Positions 1 through 12,600 of a stretch of DNA of 60,000 bases are shown in pieces (position 1 is the stretch's first letter; every line of letters begins with the position of its first letter). Both the position numbers and the translations under genes were made by a program. Below the pieces are notes generated by a model. It made no database searches. It had not been told where the DNA came from and saw only the letters and a program-made list of their open reading frames with translations. This stretch comes from Lytechinus pictus (Eukaryota), in assembly GCF_037042905.1 (NCBI RefSeq), contig NC_087251.1:45200001-45260000 (forward strand), given 5' to 3'.

Positions 1-189
1 TCCTGATTCACCGATGGTAAAGACAATCATCTATTCATACTTCCTAGACAATTATGAGTGATTTGGGAGCCAAATGAGCTGAAATGTGATATCTCTACTG
101 ATAGTGATTTATGTAACAATTGGCTATCCATACTTAAACCACAACTTTAAACCTGAGTTTAAGTTAAACCTGACTTCAGAATACGGGCC
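1..189. mobile_element. Right end of a Harbinger-like MITE (truncated by the window edge)
   Basis: Terminus ..agaatacgggcc, same type as the 43480-43712 element. Confidence 0.55.
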
Positions 190-642
190 ACTGAATTTAA
201 TTTTTTTAATGAAATTCAAATCATGTGTTCCACATGTTAATTTGAAACAAAAAAGATAAAGTAGATTTGAAATGCTTGTTTAATAATTCCTTGAACAGGT
301 TTCAACTATGTTTCAAGTAAACTAAAATTTACTCCCATTTTTAAAAAAGTAAAAAAAAGAGGAATATGTATACATATATTCAGTTACGATTTTTAAACAA
401 AAATTATTTTTCCTGGCAACCTATGTTTTACTAGCTATGCTTTATAACAGGTTCCTCATATTTCACATTATTGCATTTCTTTGTCAAACAGAAAATGATA
501 TTTTCGTCATTATGCTTTTTACATGTTCAATAATATGTTTATTTTGTGGAACATGAAACAATAAAAATCAAATCAAATCTGATTTCCATCTCATTATGTT
601 TGAGAGCACATATCATTAGACATAATCGAAATGATAACTTAC

Positions 643-3420
643 CTCAATAATAGGAGTCATATGTCCACCTTCAGAGTGCAAATAGTCCGGTGAGACAGTG
701 ATTGGTGTGCAGCCTTGTGTCTCGGCATCCCGTACCCTGCCATTCTTATCCATCCACAGCACGATGACATCCTTCCAGCTCCCGACCTGATCCTCCTCCA
801 GGTCTTCCGCCTCCAGGTTCTTCCCGCTCTTCAGTTCTTCCACCAGGGTGTTGGTCGCCTCCATCAGGCGGTCGGTGTTATCGGTGCCCTGGGAGTCCAG
901 CTCCCACTTGGATTCCAGTTCCTCGGTGGACAGTAGGAGATCGTTGACCTCCTTCTCCAGCCCCATGATCTCTTCCTTCAGAGCAGCTTCCTCGGGGCTG
1001 TCCTCCGCAGGAGGTGGCACCGACCACAGGTAACACTGCTTGTGCTTCTGGGTGCTCAGGTACTGGTCCAAGTTACCTTCAGAGCAGGCTTCTGCGATCT
1101 GAGAAACGTAACTCATATAGCCCGACTTGTTGAGGGAAGTGTCATTCTCATCCACGACGGTACAAGGGCTGTCAACTTCGGAGAGCTTCAGCGCGTCATG
1201 GGTCGACTTCTCGTCGTCGGTACTCAGCAGCGAGTTGAATCCTGTATCGCAACTACCTGTACAGCTGCCTTCTGTCTGTACCGACTGCGTGTCGGATACA
1301 GAAGATCCAGACTTTCTCTTGTTGCGTTTGTTCTTCTTTGACTTCTTTCCTTGCTCAGGACTCATGATTGCACTCTCTTCCTCGTTGTCTTCTCCCTTCA
1401 GTGCTTTCGATAAAGTATGCTTCACGGCAGCCTGAATACTAGCCAATTCAGTGCAGTCTCTATCACAGTGTGCTTCTCCCGCTGGCCACGTGAAATTGAA
1501 ACTACCAGTACAAGTTTGCATGTAATCCCGCCATAGAGAGTGGCTGAGAGGAAGTGAATCACTTAGCGTTGTATTGCTGGCTGCCTCAATAACTTCCTGT
1601 AAGCCCTCTGATTGGCTACAACTATCTACTTCCTCCATGGAATCTGTTTGTTCGCCTGCGGAGCTTCTCTCCTCCACTGAGTCCAAATCCTCATCATAAC
1701 TTGGCACCATTCTACGGACAATGTTGGACACGATATCAAAACTATCGGACAAGGAATGGGACGTTTTCACTTCTGCTCTACCCAAAGCATCTGAAAAGTC
1801 AGAAAATCTGGAATTTTGCTCAGGACTTCTGTCTTTTTCTTCAGGTGCTATCTGATGCACAAGTTCAGTCACAAAATCCAAAGACTCATACATGTGACTT
1901 AGACTAATACCCGTTATTTCTAAAAGATTATCCTTCTCTTCCTCCTTTTCAGTTGGACCATTTGACCACTGGGAATGTCTCCTCTGACCCAAACTGTGTC
2001 TTCGAAATGGAATGACAGGGGTAGTTTCCTCTTCTTCGCATCTTGGAGAGCTGCTGGCCTCATCATTTGATAACAGAGATGGGAAAAGCCTGGAGCCTTT
2101 GAAAAATGACTGAGCATCAGGCGAGGATGAGAGGCTCTTGAGAGAGGAAAACAAAGAATTGGTTGACGACTCATTTGAGATAGGTGGGAAAAAATGTGGG
2201 TTTTCCTGAGGCCACGTAGAGAGCAGTGTTGGGGATGAAGCAGATGCATCCTCTTCAGAAGAGAAGATGGAATCATCCGCACAGATTTCTGGAAGGTCAT
2301 CTTCCATTCCTTCATGTACCTCCTCCTCTTCTACCTCCTCCTCTTCCTCTTCTTTACTATTCTGTAAGTGAGAGGATTCCTTTCCTTCTGAGCTCCCGTC
2401 AGAAGTAAAGGATTCCATCTCCAAAGAGTCTGGGTATTCTGCCACATCTTCCATGGAACCAATCATCCACCCGGCAAAGTCATCATTGAATTCTTGCGTT
2501 TCTTCCGTGTACATGATATCTAATGGTTGGGTGGTGCTATGGACTGCATCCTCTGTAAAGAAACAATCATCGTCCAGATCTGCGTCATATTCATCTCCGA
2601 TATCTTCATCTGATGCCAAACACTCCAAGGCTTCCTCTGCTTCCTCCGACAGAAAGTCTGAACCAACCGAGTCTAAGCGACCATGGTCTCCTTCAAGATT
2701 TGCTACTGCTTCAGAGTAGGCATTGCACATATTCTCAAAAGACATCTCATCTTCTTTCTCCTCCTCTACCCCATCTCCCTCTTCTATCTTCTGCTCCTCA
2801 ATTTGTCCCTTCAGTGCGGCATGCATCTTTTGAAGATCTTCTGCCTTCAGCATGTGTTCCTCTCTTGGAGACATCGACCAGAACTCCAGGGCTGCTGCTG
2901 CCTTGGAAGTCTTCTCCTCCTCCTGCATCTCATCCTCTACCTCCTGGAGAAAATCCTCCTCAAGCTGAAGATAGGCATCCAGCATCTCGTCCGTGAGCTC
3001 CATGATGTCTGGTGTCTCACTGAGCGGGAGCACCAAGTCATCATCAAGCCCTAGATCACCCTCCTCGTCTTCCTCATCCTTCAACGGAAGATGATCATCA
3101 AAGGCAAAATCCTCAGCAGAGACCTCAGAGGCATCGCTGATGCTGAAGGCATCGTTCTCGGAGAACGCTTCCCTTGCCACCAAGATATCATCATACTCAA
3201 TTGTCCGTCCCTGGTTGTGCATCCTGTTGCCATAGCCATCGACCATGTCATCGTCTTTGGCCCCGGAAGGTTGGAACCTTGAATGGATAAGATGGATGGA
3301 GTTCTCTGACTGAGATAGTTGAGGTTTTGCCTCTTCATGGTCGCTCTCTTCCATGATGAAGGGAAGGTCTGGTGTTATTGACCTCTGCTCATCTCCAGAG
3401 GATGTACCAGAAGAATAGGC
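643..3420 (-). CDS. AKAP6: Giant acidic/Ser-rich exon (926 codons) with a basic NLS-like patch and a C-terminal coiled coil
   Basis: Long ORF 616-3549; acceptor tttcattacag| at 3421-3422; perfect GAG|GTAAGT donor at 642. Confidence 0.88.
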
Positions 3421-3774
3421 CTGTAATGAAAAAAAAACCATATATACCCTGACAAAACTAACCTGAGCAGTACTTAGTAAAGCTAATCTGAATTGAGTCA
3501 CAAATTCCCATATTTTCAACAATAAAAATGAGCAAATTATTATATTCATAAAGATGTAAGATTTCCAAGATTACTTAATGATTTCAACAACAATCATGGC
3601 AAATGAAACAAAGAAACCCTAAATCTCAAGAGATGCATGACTTAAATTGACATAAAATTTCATGCAACTGAAGACATCAGAATCATCATGAGCAATATGT
3701 GGAGAGGGGATGACACAAATGATCATCATCGTTGCATCAATATCACCACCTCCACCTCCACCACCACCACCACC

Positions 3775-3805
<31 letters not shown>

Positions 3806-6552
3806 CTACCTTCATGATTACATTCTTTATCACATGTATTTGGTAGTTACATTATGACTATATTATATTTTCATGGAATAAATGAGTGGTTGTATTTCTT
3901 TTTTTCATGTTCTCAAGTTCTCAACACAAAGCTTTTACTGCAAATTGAATTCAAGAAGTCAATATGTTTTGAACAAAATTCTCATTTTGAAGAGGGCAAT
4001 CAGAAATATCATGCAGGTAGCAAGTATTGATTTGGATCTAAGAAATACTGAATGTTTTGCCATTTGTATATTCTAAACAGTTACAGCAATCATAATCTCA
4101 CTATCTCACTACAAATAACACTACACATAGTTCAAATTCATCAGCTTAGGCAATGGGATATCTACATCTTATCTTTAATATGGAAAATAGATTTTTAAAT
4201 ATAATAGATTATTTTTTCAAAGTCAAAATGAGATTTTTCATTAAGAACTTTGCATTCTATTGCCATACAACATGAAACAAGGGGCCCCGTTGCATAAAAA
4301 TTTTGCCATAGTTTTTTATGTGTTATTTTCAATGGCATAAGTTTGTTTGCCAGAGTTTTTTAACGGCAACAATTTTATGCAACGAGCCCAAGCAGTTCCT
4401 TTTTTTAATCCCTGCCAAGAATTTCCAGTAAAGATAACATGTGAAGCCTTGAATAAAAAAACCCCAGATAATTAGCCTTGCTGTAGTTTGCTGATTATAA
4501 GTGGCCTATAAAATTCTCTGGCATAGTATCTCTAGACTTTGTGCATTTCAACAAAAAGCAGGAGTGCTGTTTTTAATCCCATAAATAATTTAGTGCTCCC
4601 TTCCCCCATAGATGGTTCAAACCAGGTTTAAATGGCATTCAAATTATTTTTTGATGGGGGTGTGCCTCACGAAACCCTGAAATGGAGGTCTAAGGAACTG
4701 ACCACAAGGGTAAAATACAGGGTCTTGGGAACTAAATATGTACTGGGCGGTGTGAAAAACAGGGTCTACAGAACGGGATCGCGGTACAGTGCACGCTAGC
4801 GCTGTGCATGTATGGGTGCTAGCGGTGCAAGGAGCTGCTGGAGGAGGGAGCTGAGTTTTTAAGCCGTGCATGCAGCTTTTGCACGCCTGCGGACTGCGGT
4901 GCTCGCGCTGGATAATTTTTGGCAAGGCAAGGGGACTGAGATGTTTCATAACGGGGTCTTGCGAGCGGGGCAGGCGGCTTCTGAATGGAACTTTTGTCAT
5001 TCGGAGTATCTAGAGAACTGAAAATTAGGTCTGAAAAAGGTGGTCATCAAAGCAGAATGTCCCCGTACCACCGATATATGTGAGTGCGCCCCCCCCCCCC
5101 CCCCCCCCCCCGCAGTAAACCTACTGATCCAGTTGTCCTCATGGGAAGCGAAGTGAAATCAGACGTCATCCAACCATTTAAACATTAAACATTGAAGAGA
5201 ACATAACCTTTCAAGCGTGAATCCTCTTCATGCATGATATACGCTCAAGAATATTGAATTATAAACCACATTGTAATTCTAACTACCACCCTTGGCAAGA
5301 AGAGCAAACATAAATTGAACTAATGGACTCAATACGTCCTTCATTAAGTAATAATACAAAAGCTAATACTTTAATAGTCGTAAATTGAGGAAAATTGGAA
5401 GTACATGAAATAGGTGTGCTGGTGGGAAAGTATGATCGATTTGCCTTACAAAGATGAAAGAAATTGTCCATTCATGTTTGAACAGTCAAGGTACGGTAAT
5501 ATACAAAAGAAAATGCTAAATATGGATACTAGATTACTGGTGTATTGGCTCACAACTAGGAGTTCAAGCTCTAGCCCATGATCCATTGGGCAAAAGTGTG
5601 TTTCGTCTCATATTTGGACGTACAATTTGTTTTAATATAAGGGGGAAGGGGGGGGGCATTTGTCAAAAAAAAATGCTGGTTCTTTTTAGAAGTTTGATCC
5701 TATGTAGCAACTGCTTGCTTGCTAGGTGCCTTGTTTATTCCAAATATTGGTCATAAAAGCTTTTCATCTCCATACATTATGTCAATTATTATCATGTTGT
5801 CATCTCATTGAATTTCATCCATGTAACTTCAGTATGTACAGCGTCTTCTACTGTTTCTATTTTTCCTTCAATTTTTCCTGTCAGTGTCCTGTTTTATGTG
5901 CCCTCTCTTCTTGTAATATTTTATTTCAGAGAAACTGAGTCGTCTTTTCCTAATACATGTAATGTTAAGGAGGGATCTAGCTAACTATTACCTGTAAGGC
6001 TGTAACAAACCTTATTTGATATTCTGTCAATCCCAGGAGTGGGGGTGGGGGGTTCGTATCACAAAGCTTAGTGATTGATCATAAGACTGATATCTATGAT
6101 TGATCATACACAATAATCAATGCAATCAATCCCAGAAACCAACCCTGCGATCAATTGCTAAGCTTTATGTCTCGGGGCCCTAGAGTATCTTAAGCATTAT
6201 TCCGGAGAACCACATTAATGTGTAACAATGATGGCCATGTATTCAAAATACCCTTGTGGTTATGTTAGTGGTTTACCATACTTAAAGAAATAATCAATAT
6301 ATAGTACATGCTCTTTCAAATTAGCTTATTGTTTTATGGTAGCTGTAAGGGTCGCACCTTCTTCTATTAACGACTACGATACTACAAAATCACCGCAGAA
6401 TAGAGAAAGAGCGTGGATGAGCTCAATGTATGTATTCTTACAATTATGAAATTTCACATCACTATCATCATTAAATTACAATTACTACACTCACAAAAGC
6501 GGATACCACTGCCAACACAGATATCAATATCAATATCAACATCACCATCATC

Positions 6553-6607
<55 letters not shown>

Positions 6608-9600
6608 CCATCACCATCACCATCACCTTCACCTTCATCATCATCACTTTGACTTATTTTTAATACTAAGCTTCTGAGTTTTTTAGCAATGGCCCTATGA
6701 AAGTAGAAACTTTGCACTTGGTACTAGTTGACAATGAAACTTGAAAGAAAACCAATGCCATAACATCAGCTATGCAACAATGTTTGTGACTTCCACTAAA
6801 TCCTAGACCTTCTAACACAAATGTTCGATATTGATTGCAAAGAGCCAAAAACAATTCTGGGCCCCGTCTTACATAGAGTTACGATTTTGAGATGCGCTAT
6901 GTCAAACAAAGGCAGTTCTCTCCTTTGATGGACTCAAGCGTTGCGTTGACATGATACAGATGGATTTCCATAGAGTTACTGCATTTTAAGGTTTACTTAT
7001 TTTCACCAAAGACTGATATGCACATTATGTGCACAATATGAATAAAAGAAATGGTGATGTCACATGCTAGTCTGCAAGCACAGGCTCATATTTGACACTT
7101 CAACCAACAACAGGTCTAGAATGAAGACTAGACTCCAAAGACTCTGTCAGCCAGGCCACAGTATATAGTGAATCTAGTCTCACCAATTCAGAGTCTGCAT
7201 TAAAGGGGAATCCAACCCAAATAAAAACTTGGTTTTATAAGGAAAAGAAAAATCAGACAAGTTGATAGGTGAAAGTTTGAACAATATTGGACAAACAACA
7301 AAAAAGTTATGAATTTTTAAAAGTTGAAAAATATTGGTAATCACTATACCCATGGAGACTTCAAATTGGCCGCATATGGGATGTCATAGTGATGTAAGGC
7401 AAGGACTACTCTTCCATGTACTCCAAAACATATTATGGCTAAAATGTCATTTTCCCCAAAAGTTTTATTTCAAATTATATTTTTCTTTCATTAGGACATA
7501 AAACAATATACTACCTGGGTTATATTTAGATTACTGCCCCAGGGGATTGGGTTCTTAGGAGAAAACCACAAATCCCTGATAATAAAGTACTTGGCCTATA
7601 GGAAAGTTGTCCTTGCCCCTTGTCATAATTTACTTACCCAGTTGCCAATTTGAAATCTACATAGTATTAGTGATCTCAATTTTAAAGCAGCCATAACTTT
7701 CTTATTGCTTGTCAGATTTCTTTCAAACTTTCACCATTCTGTTTAATTTATTTTTCTCTTTCCCAACACAACATTTTATGGCCAAGGCTGGATTCCCCTT
7801 TAAGCACTATGCGAATTGAGAAAACCAAGGGTCTGTGCCTGCAGACTAGTTGCACACTTCATTTATCTCCTGTAATAATAACTTTTTTTGTTAAAAGCAA
7901 AACTTAAAAATACCATGTAGCTTCTTTTTTTACATTCAATTCTTAATGAAATTTCAGTGCTATATTTGTCTTTTTTCGCTCTCTATTTGTTCAAATCAAT
8001 GAGTTATCGGGTGAACTTGTCCTTTATCCCGATTGAAAATAAATCCTTCCTCACCTTGGTGGTTTCCAGAGCTTGCCTGACATGGGATAACATCTCTTCG
8101 GAGTGCGTCCTGATATTCTGCCATCTTCTCTCCACATTGATAGCGCCCAGTTGAAGAGATTCTCTCTCTCGTTGATGGGTGCTGAGATACCAATCGTCGT
8201 CTTGGAGAAGACTGCACAGCTTAAGAACGACGTCGATGCTCTGATTGTTGTGATCTATCTCATCTTTGATATTCTGTTTGAAAAAAAAAAAAACAGTTCA
8301 ATAAGAAAAGTAATCATTTTCTAAATCATTCACTTTATAAGTATATCCATTACCTCAACAATGGTACTCTAGAAGCACATCTAACAATGATATTCAAATC
8401 AAAGTACATATTCTAATGTCCAATGAAAACAAATATTGCTGATACTACAGGGCTAGAGAATAAAATTTCATACAGCCTGATTCTATATAAAAAATTTCTT
8501 TGTGTCATACTTCCTTATAACTGATACTGAATTTATCACATACATGTACATCACATTATTGTGCATTATTAACTCTTAACTGTTCAGGGGTATATTGCTA
8601 ATTTGCATATGTAATTGTCTTACTCCTGTTTAAGTGGGTATAGGGTGCAAAATGTATGGAGGAGAGTATGTAAACCTATATGCCATATGAAAGCTTAGAA
8701 TGTGTAGAATTTAAAAATATGAATATTTTTGCATAATTACGTATGCAAATTAAGTTATGAATATTAATGAGCTAATTATAATACACAAAATATAAAGAAA
8801 TTTTCAGATTTTCCACTTTTGTTGACAACTATTTGCATTTTATTATTAGAAATTCTTCACACAAGCATTACAAGATTTTAGAGCAACTCTTCAGCAATAC
8901 ATGCATGTCATAATTATGTCATACTTTTGACTAAAAGTTGTATTTTTTGTGAATTTAATATTTCACCTTTTTGGGTAAAAATTGTCATAAACTGTGTTGT
9001 AACCAATGACGGAAATAAGGCCTGTCAGTTATAACAGTACAATTAAGTCTGAACTCTTAGGAATAAAATAATTATTCTTTTAAGTTAAATCTGCAAGATA
9101 AGGAGTTTATTTTGATGACAAATATTTGCATGTATATGCAAATTTATGCAAATTACGATACATAATGTACAATTGTACATGTATATGAATATTCATAAGC
9201 CGTCTCCATGTGCACAAACGTATGTCCTGTATACACTCGTGCACAGTATAATCCAAATTTGTGCAGTTTTTGTTTTCATCTTACTGTAATAATTCTATAT
9301 TTGTCTTAAAATATACATTTCAGCATGTTTGAAATATAAATTCTGTAAGCCACATTGTAAAGTGTACAAATCAGTGTATTAATATCACATTTTCCTGATA
9401 TTTGTTCATATATCGTATTAAAATGAATGACAATTTACCATTACAGAATGCGTATTTGTACAAACATTAGTTTGCTTTATGTAATAAACTTTTACTATCA
9501 TTCCTGAATTACAGTACCATTTTGTGTCATTACAGTATTGCTCGGAATAAAGTTGACACCCTTCCGAAGGGTCACGCATCTACCGCGAGACAGGCGTGAC

Positions 9601-12600
9601 CCAAAAAATTACCACCAGCCGATTTCGCGCGTGAAATTCACGCGTCAATTTCACGCATGCAGCTGGCAGAAGAGAGGCCCAATGCTCACGTAAAACACGA
9701 GATTTTTTCAGATTTGATCTCTATTTGTCCATGTAGTTTGCGCCTCAACTCTAGGCACTTTTTGGTCAAAACACGACGCAATCCCGATGCAATCCCGTCG
9801 GTTTACTGACGGATGGTCTAATATCACTTGGTCTAATCATCAGATGGGCTAACAACATTCGGGCTAAACCCACTTAGTCCAATTCTCTTTTAATTCACCA
9901 TCCCGTCATTTGCACTTCAAGATATTCAACCCGATAGACAGCGGGTTGAAAATCCTAAATTCCCAATAGCTAGACAGCGGGTTGAAAAACTGCCTCAAGC
10001 GCGCGCATCAGACGAGTCCCCGCTAGAAATCCATGTGCCCAGCTCCTGACCGAGTGACCCAGTTATAGTTACATATTTGGCTTAAAGGACGAGTAGATTA
10101 TCTTTCCACTGTTTATTTGTGGAGCTAGCTCCATGGTTTATTTTTCAGTGTTTATGTTATCAAAGACGTCTTCCGTTTAAAGGACAAGTCTTGCTTTTTA
10201 TGCAGGTTCCCTCATATTTCACTCTTTTAAATTCTCTTTAATTCCAAATCGCTATTTTCTTTAATTTGAATTAATTGTTATGCCTTGTCTGATTTGTATT
10301 CTCATAAGTTTTCTGATATTGTTTTATAATTTTGTTTGTACTTGTGAAATATGTAAAATAAAGTCAAATCAAATCAAGTAGATAATCTTTTTCTATCTTT
10401 TATTTTTTATCTTTTGTTCTTCAATTCTGTAATTTTAATCAGGTACGTATTTCATTCAAAAGAACAAGTATTTTCATCATTTTTCTATTCATCATTCAAA
10501 GAAGAAGATTCGCTTTCCATCATTTTCTGTTCATTGTTTTTTTTGTTTTTTTTAATCAGTAATACATCGTTCATTTAAAGGACGAGTTGATTTGCTAACC
10601 ATCATTTTCTGTTTATCAATTCTGTTTTTTTTTCAATTTCCTCACTTACGTCTTTTAATCAAAGATTCGCTTTCCATCATTTTTCTGTTCATAAATTCTG
10701 CATTTTTATTTTATCAGTTACGTCGTTCATTCAAAGGACGAGTAGATTTGCTTACCATCATTTTTCTGTTCATTGATTGACCCTTTTTTCATTTAATCAG
10801 TTACGACGTTAATTCAAAGGACGAGTATAATTCAGATTTGAGTTTTATTATGAAGTTATGAAACAGAGATCTAGAATCAAGTTAGAATTAATCATAGTTA
10901 TAGAACATTTAAATTAAAAAAAAACACAACCTGAACCAATGAGATGTGAAATCCATTAAGAATGGAACAGATATTACTAGATTTGCTAACCATCATTTTC
11001 TGTTCATCAATATTCTGTTTTTTTTTTTTCATCACTGACGACTTTTATTCAAAGATTCGCTGTCCATCATTTTCTGTTCATTAATTCTGTATTTTTATTT
11101 TATCAGTTACGTCGTTCATTCAAAGGAAAGTAGATTCGTTTTTCCTAATTTCTGTTCATTATTCAGTTTTTTTTTATAATTTCATCATTTACGTCTTTTA
11201 TTCAAAGAAGATTCGCTTTCAATCATTTTTCTGTTCTATTCTGTATATTTTATCAGTTACATCGTTCATGGCAAGAACGAGTTGATTCCCTTTCCATCAT
11301 TTTTTGAGTTCCATCAATTCTGTGTTTTGTTTTCATTGTTCATCAGTTACGTCTTTTATCTAAAGAAGAAACGCTGTCCATCATTTTTCTGTTCAACAAT
11401 TCTGTATTTTTATTTTATCAGTTACATCGTTCATTCCAAGAACGAGTAGATTCACTTTCCATCATTATGACGTTCAGAGCACGAGTAGATATGCTTTCCA
11501 TTTTCCTGTTCATCAATTCTGTGTTTTAATTTAATCAGTTTCGTCTGTTTATTCAAAGAACGAGTAGATTTGCTTTCCATCATTTTGTGTTTATCAATTC
11601 TGTGTGTTTATTTTATCGGTTACGTCTTTTATTCAAAGATGATTCGCTTCCCATCATTTTTCATTTTTTCGCTATCAATAACAGTTGATTTTATACCCAA
11701 AGATATTAATTTACAATATCATCATCATCATTTGTATATTTATTCTCCTCATTCAATTCTTCTTATGTCTTTCACTTCTTTTTGTTCCTGTTCTTCTTTC
11801 TTTACCTTTATCTTTACCATGTTCATTCGTTCATCCACCATATCATCTGTTGCTTCTCTCTTATCCTTATCTTCTTTATCCTTTATTTCTTTCTCTTAGC
11901 CGTCGTCTTCTTCCTCTTACTTTGCCCACTTTTCTCTTCGATCGGCTATCTTGAACCCCCCCCCCCCTTCCCGGAAAAAGAATACCCGCAAGTGGCCCTG
12001 CTTTAAATGCCTAGCATCAGCACTTTCTGAAAAATCTTATTCAGTCCCCGCCCCCCCTTGTATCTTCCTTAAATATTTTTTTTTGCATGTTGTGTTACTC
12101 TGTTCCCTTTCTCTCCGTCCATCATTCCAGCAACAGCCCCCCCCCCCTATAAGTAATATATCGTCTTTTTACGCCCGCCCGTATAAGACGAGACGTAACT
12201 TGGTATCACGCTCGGTATCCGTCTGTCCCTCCATTCGTTAACATTTCCTTATAAACATGATAACTCCAGTTTAACTTAACCCGAGGTTTATATTATTTGG
12301 TGTGTATATGATACAAGCGTCAAAAGGTCAAGTCACCACCTTCCACTTTTTTTGCTTGACCAATATACTCCATTTTCCGTGTAACCCGAGCGAACACAAA
12401 AACATTGACAAAATATCAAAAAAATGTTTGGTAAAACATGAAAATGTTTAAGGGAAATGTTAAAATCATATAACATGTATGGTTTTCTCAATGCTATAAT
12501 ACATTTTCCTAACGTTTAGCATTTAAAACGTATTTCCCTAATGTATTTTAGTAATATTAATAAAATGTTGCAATGATATATTTTTACGAATTGACTCGTT

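Noticed and set aside
1..30. Possible next host exon (MIVFTIGESG) after an AG at 31-32
   Set aside because: No polypyrimidine tract, and it lies within a MITE-like repeat ending at 189
3421..3549. N-terminal 43 aa of the 977-aa ORF
   Set aside because: Lies upstream of a clear splice acceptor (polypyrimidine tract plus AG at 3421-3422), so it is intronic
10085..11650. CRISPR-like repeat-spacer array
   Set aside because: Eukaryotic context, degenerate repeats with mutually similar 'spacers', and no cas genes; it is a minisatellite
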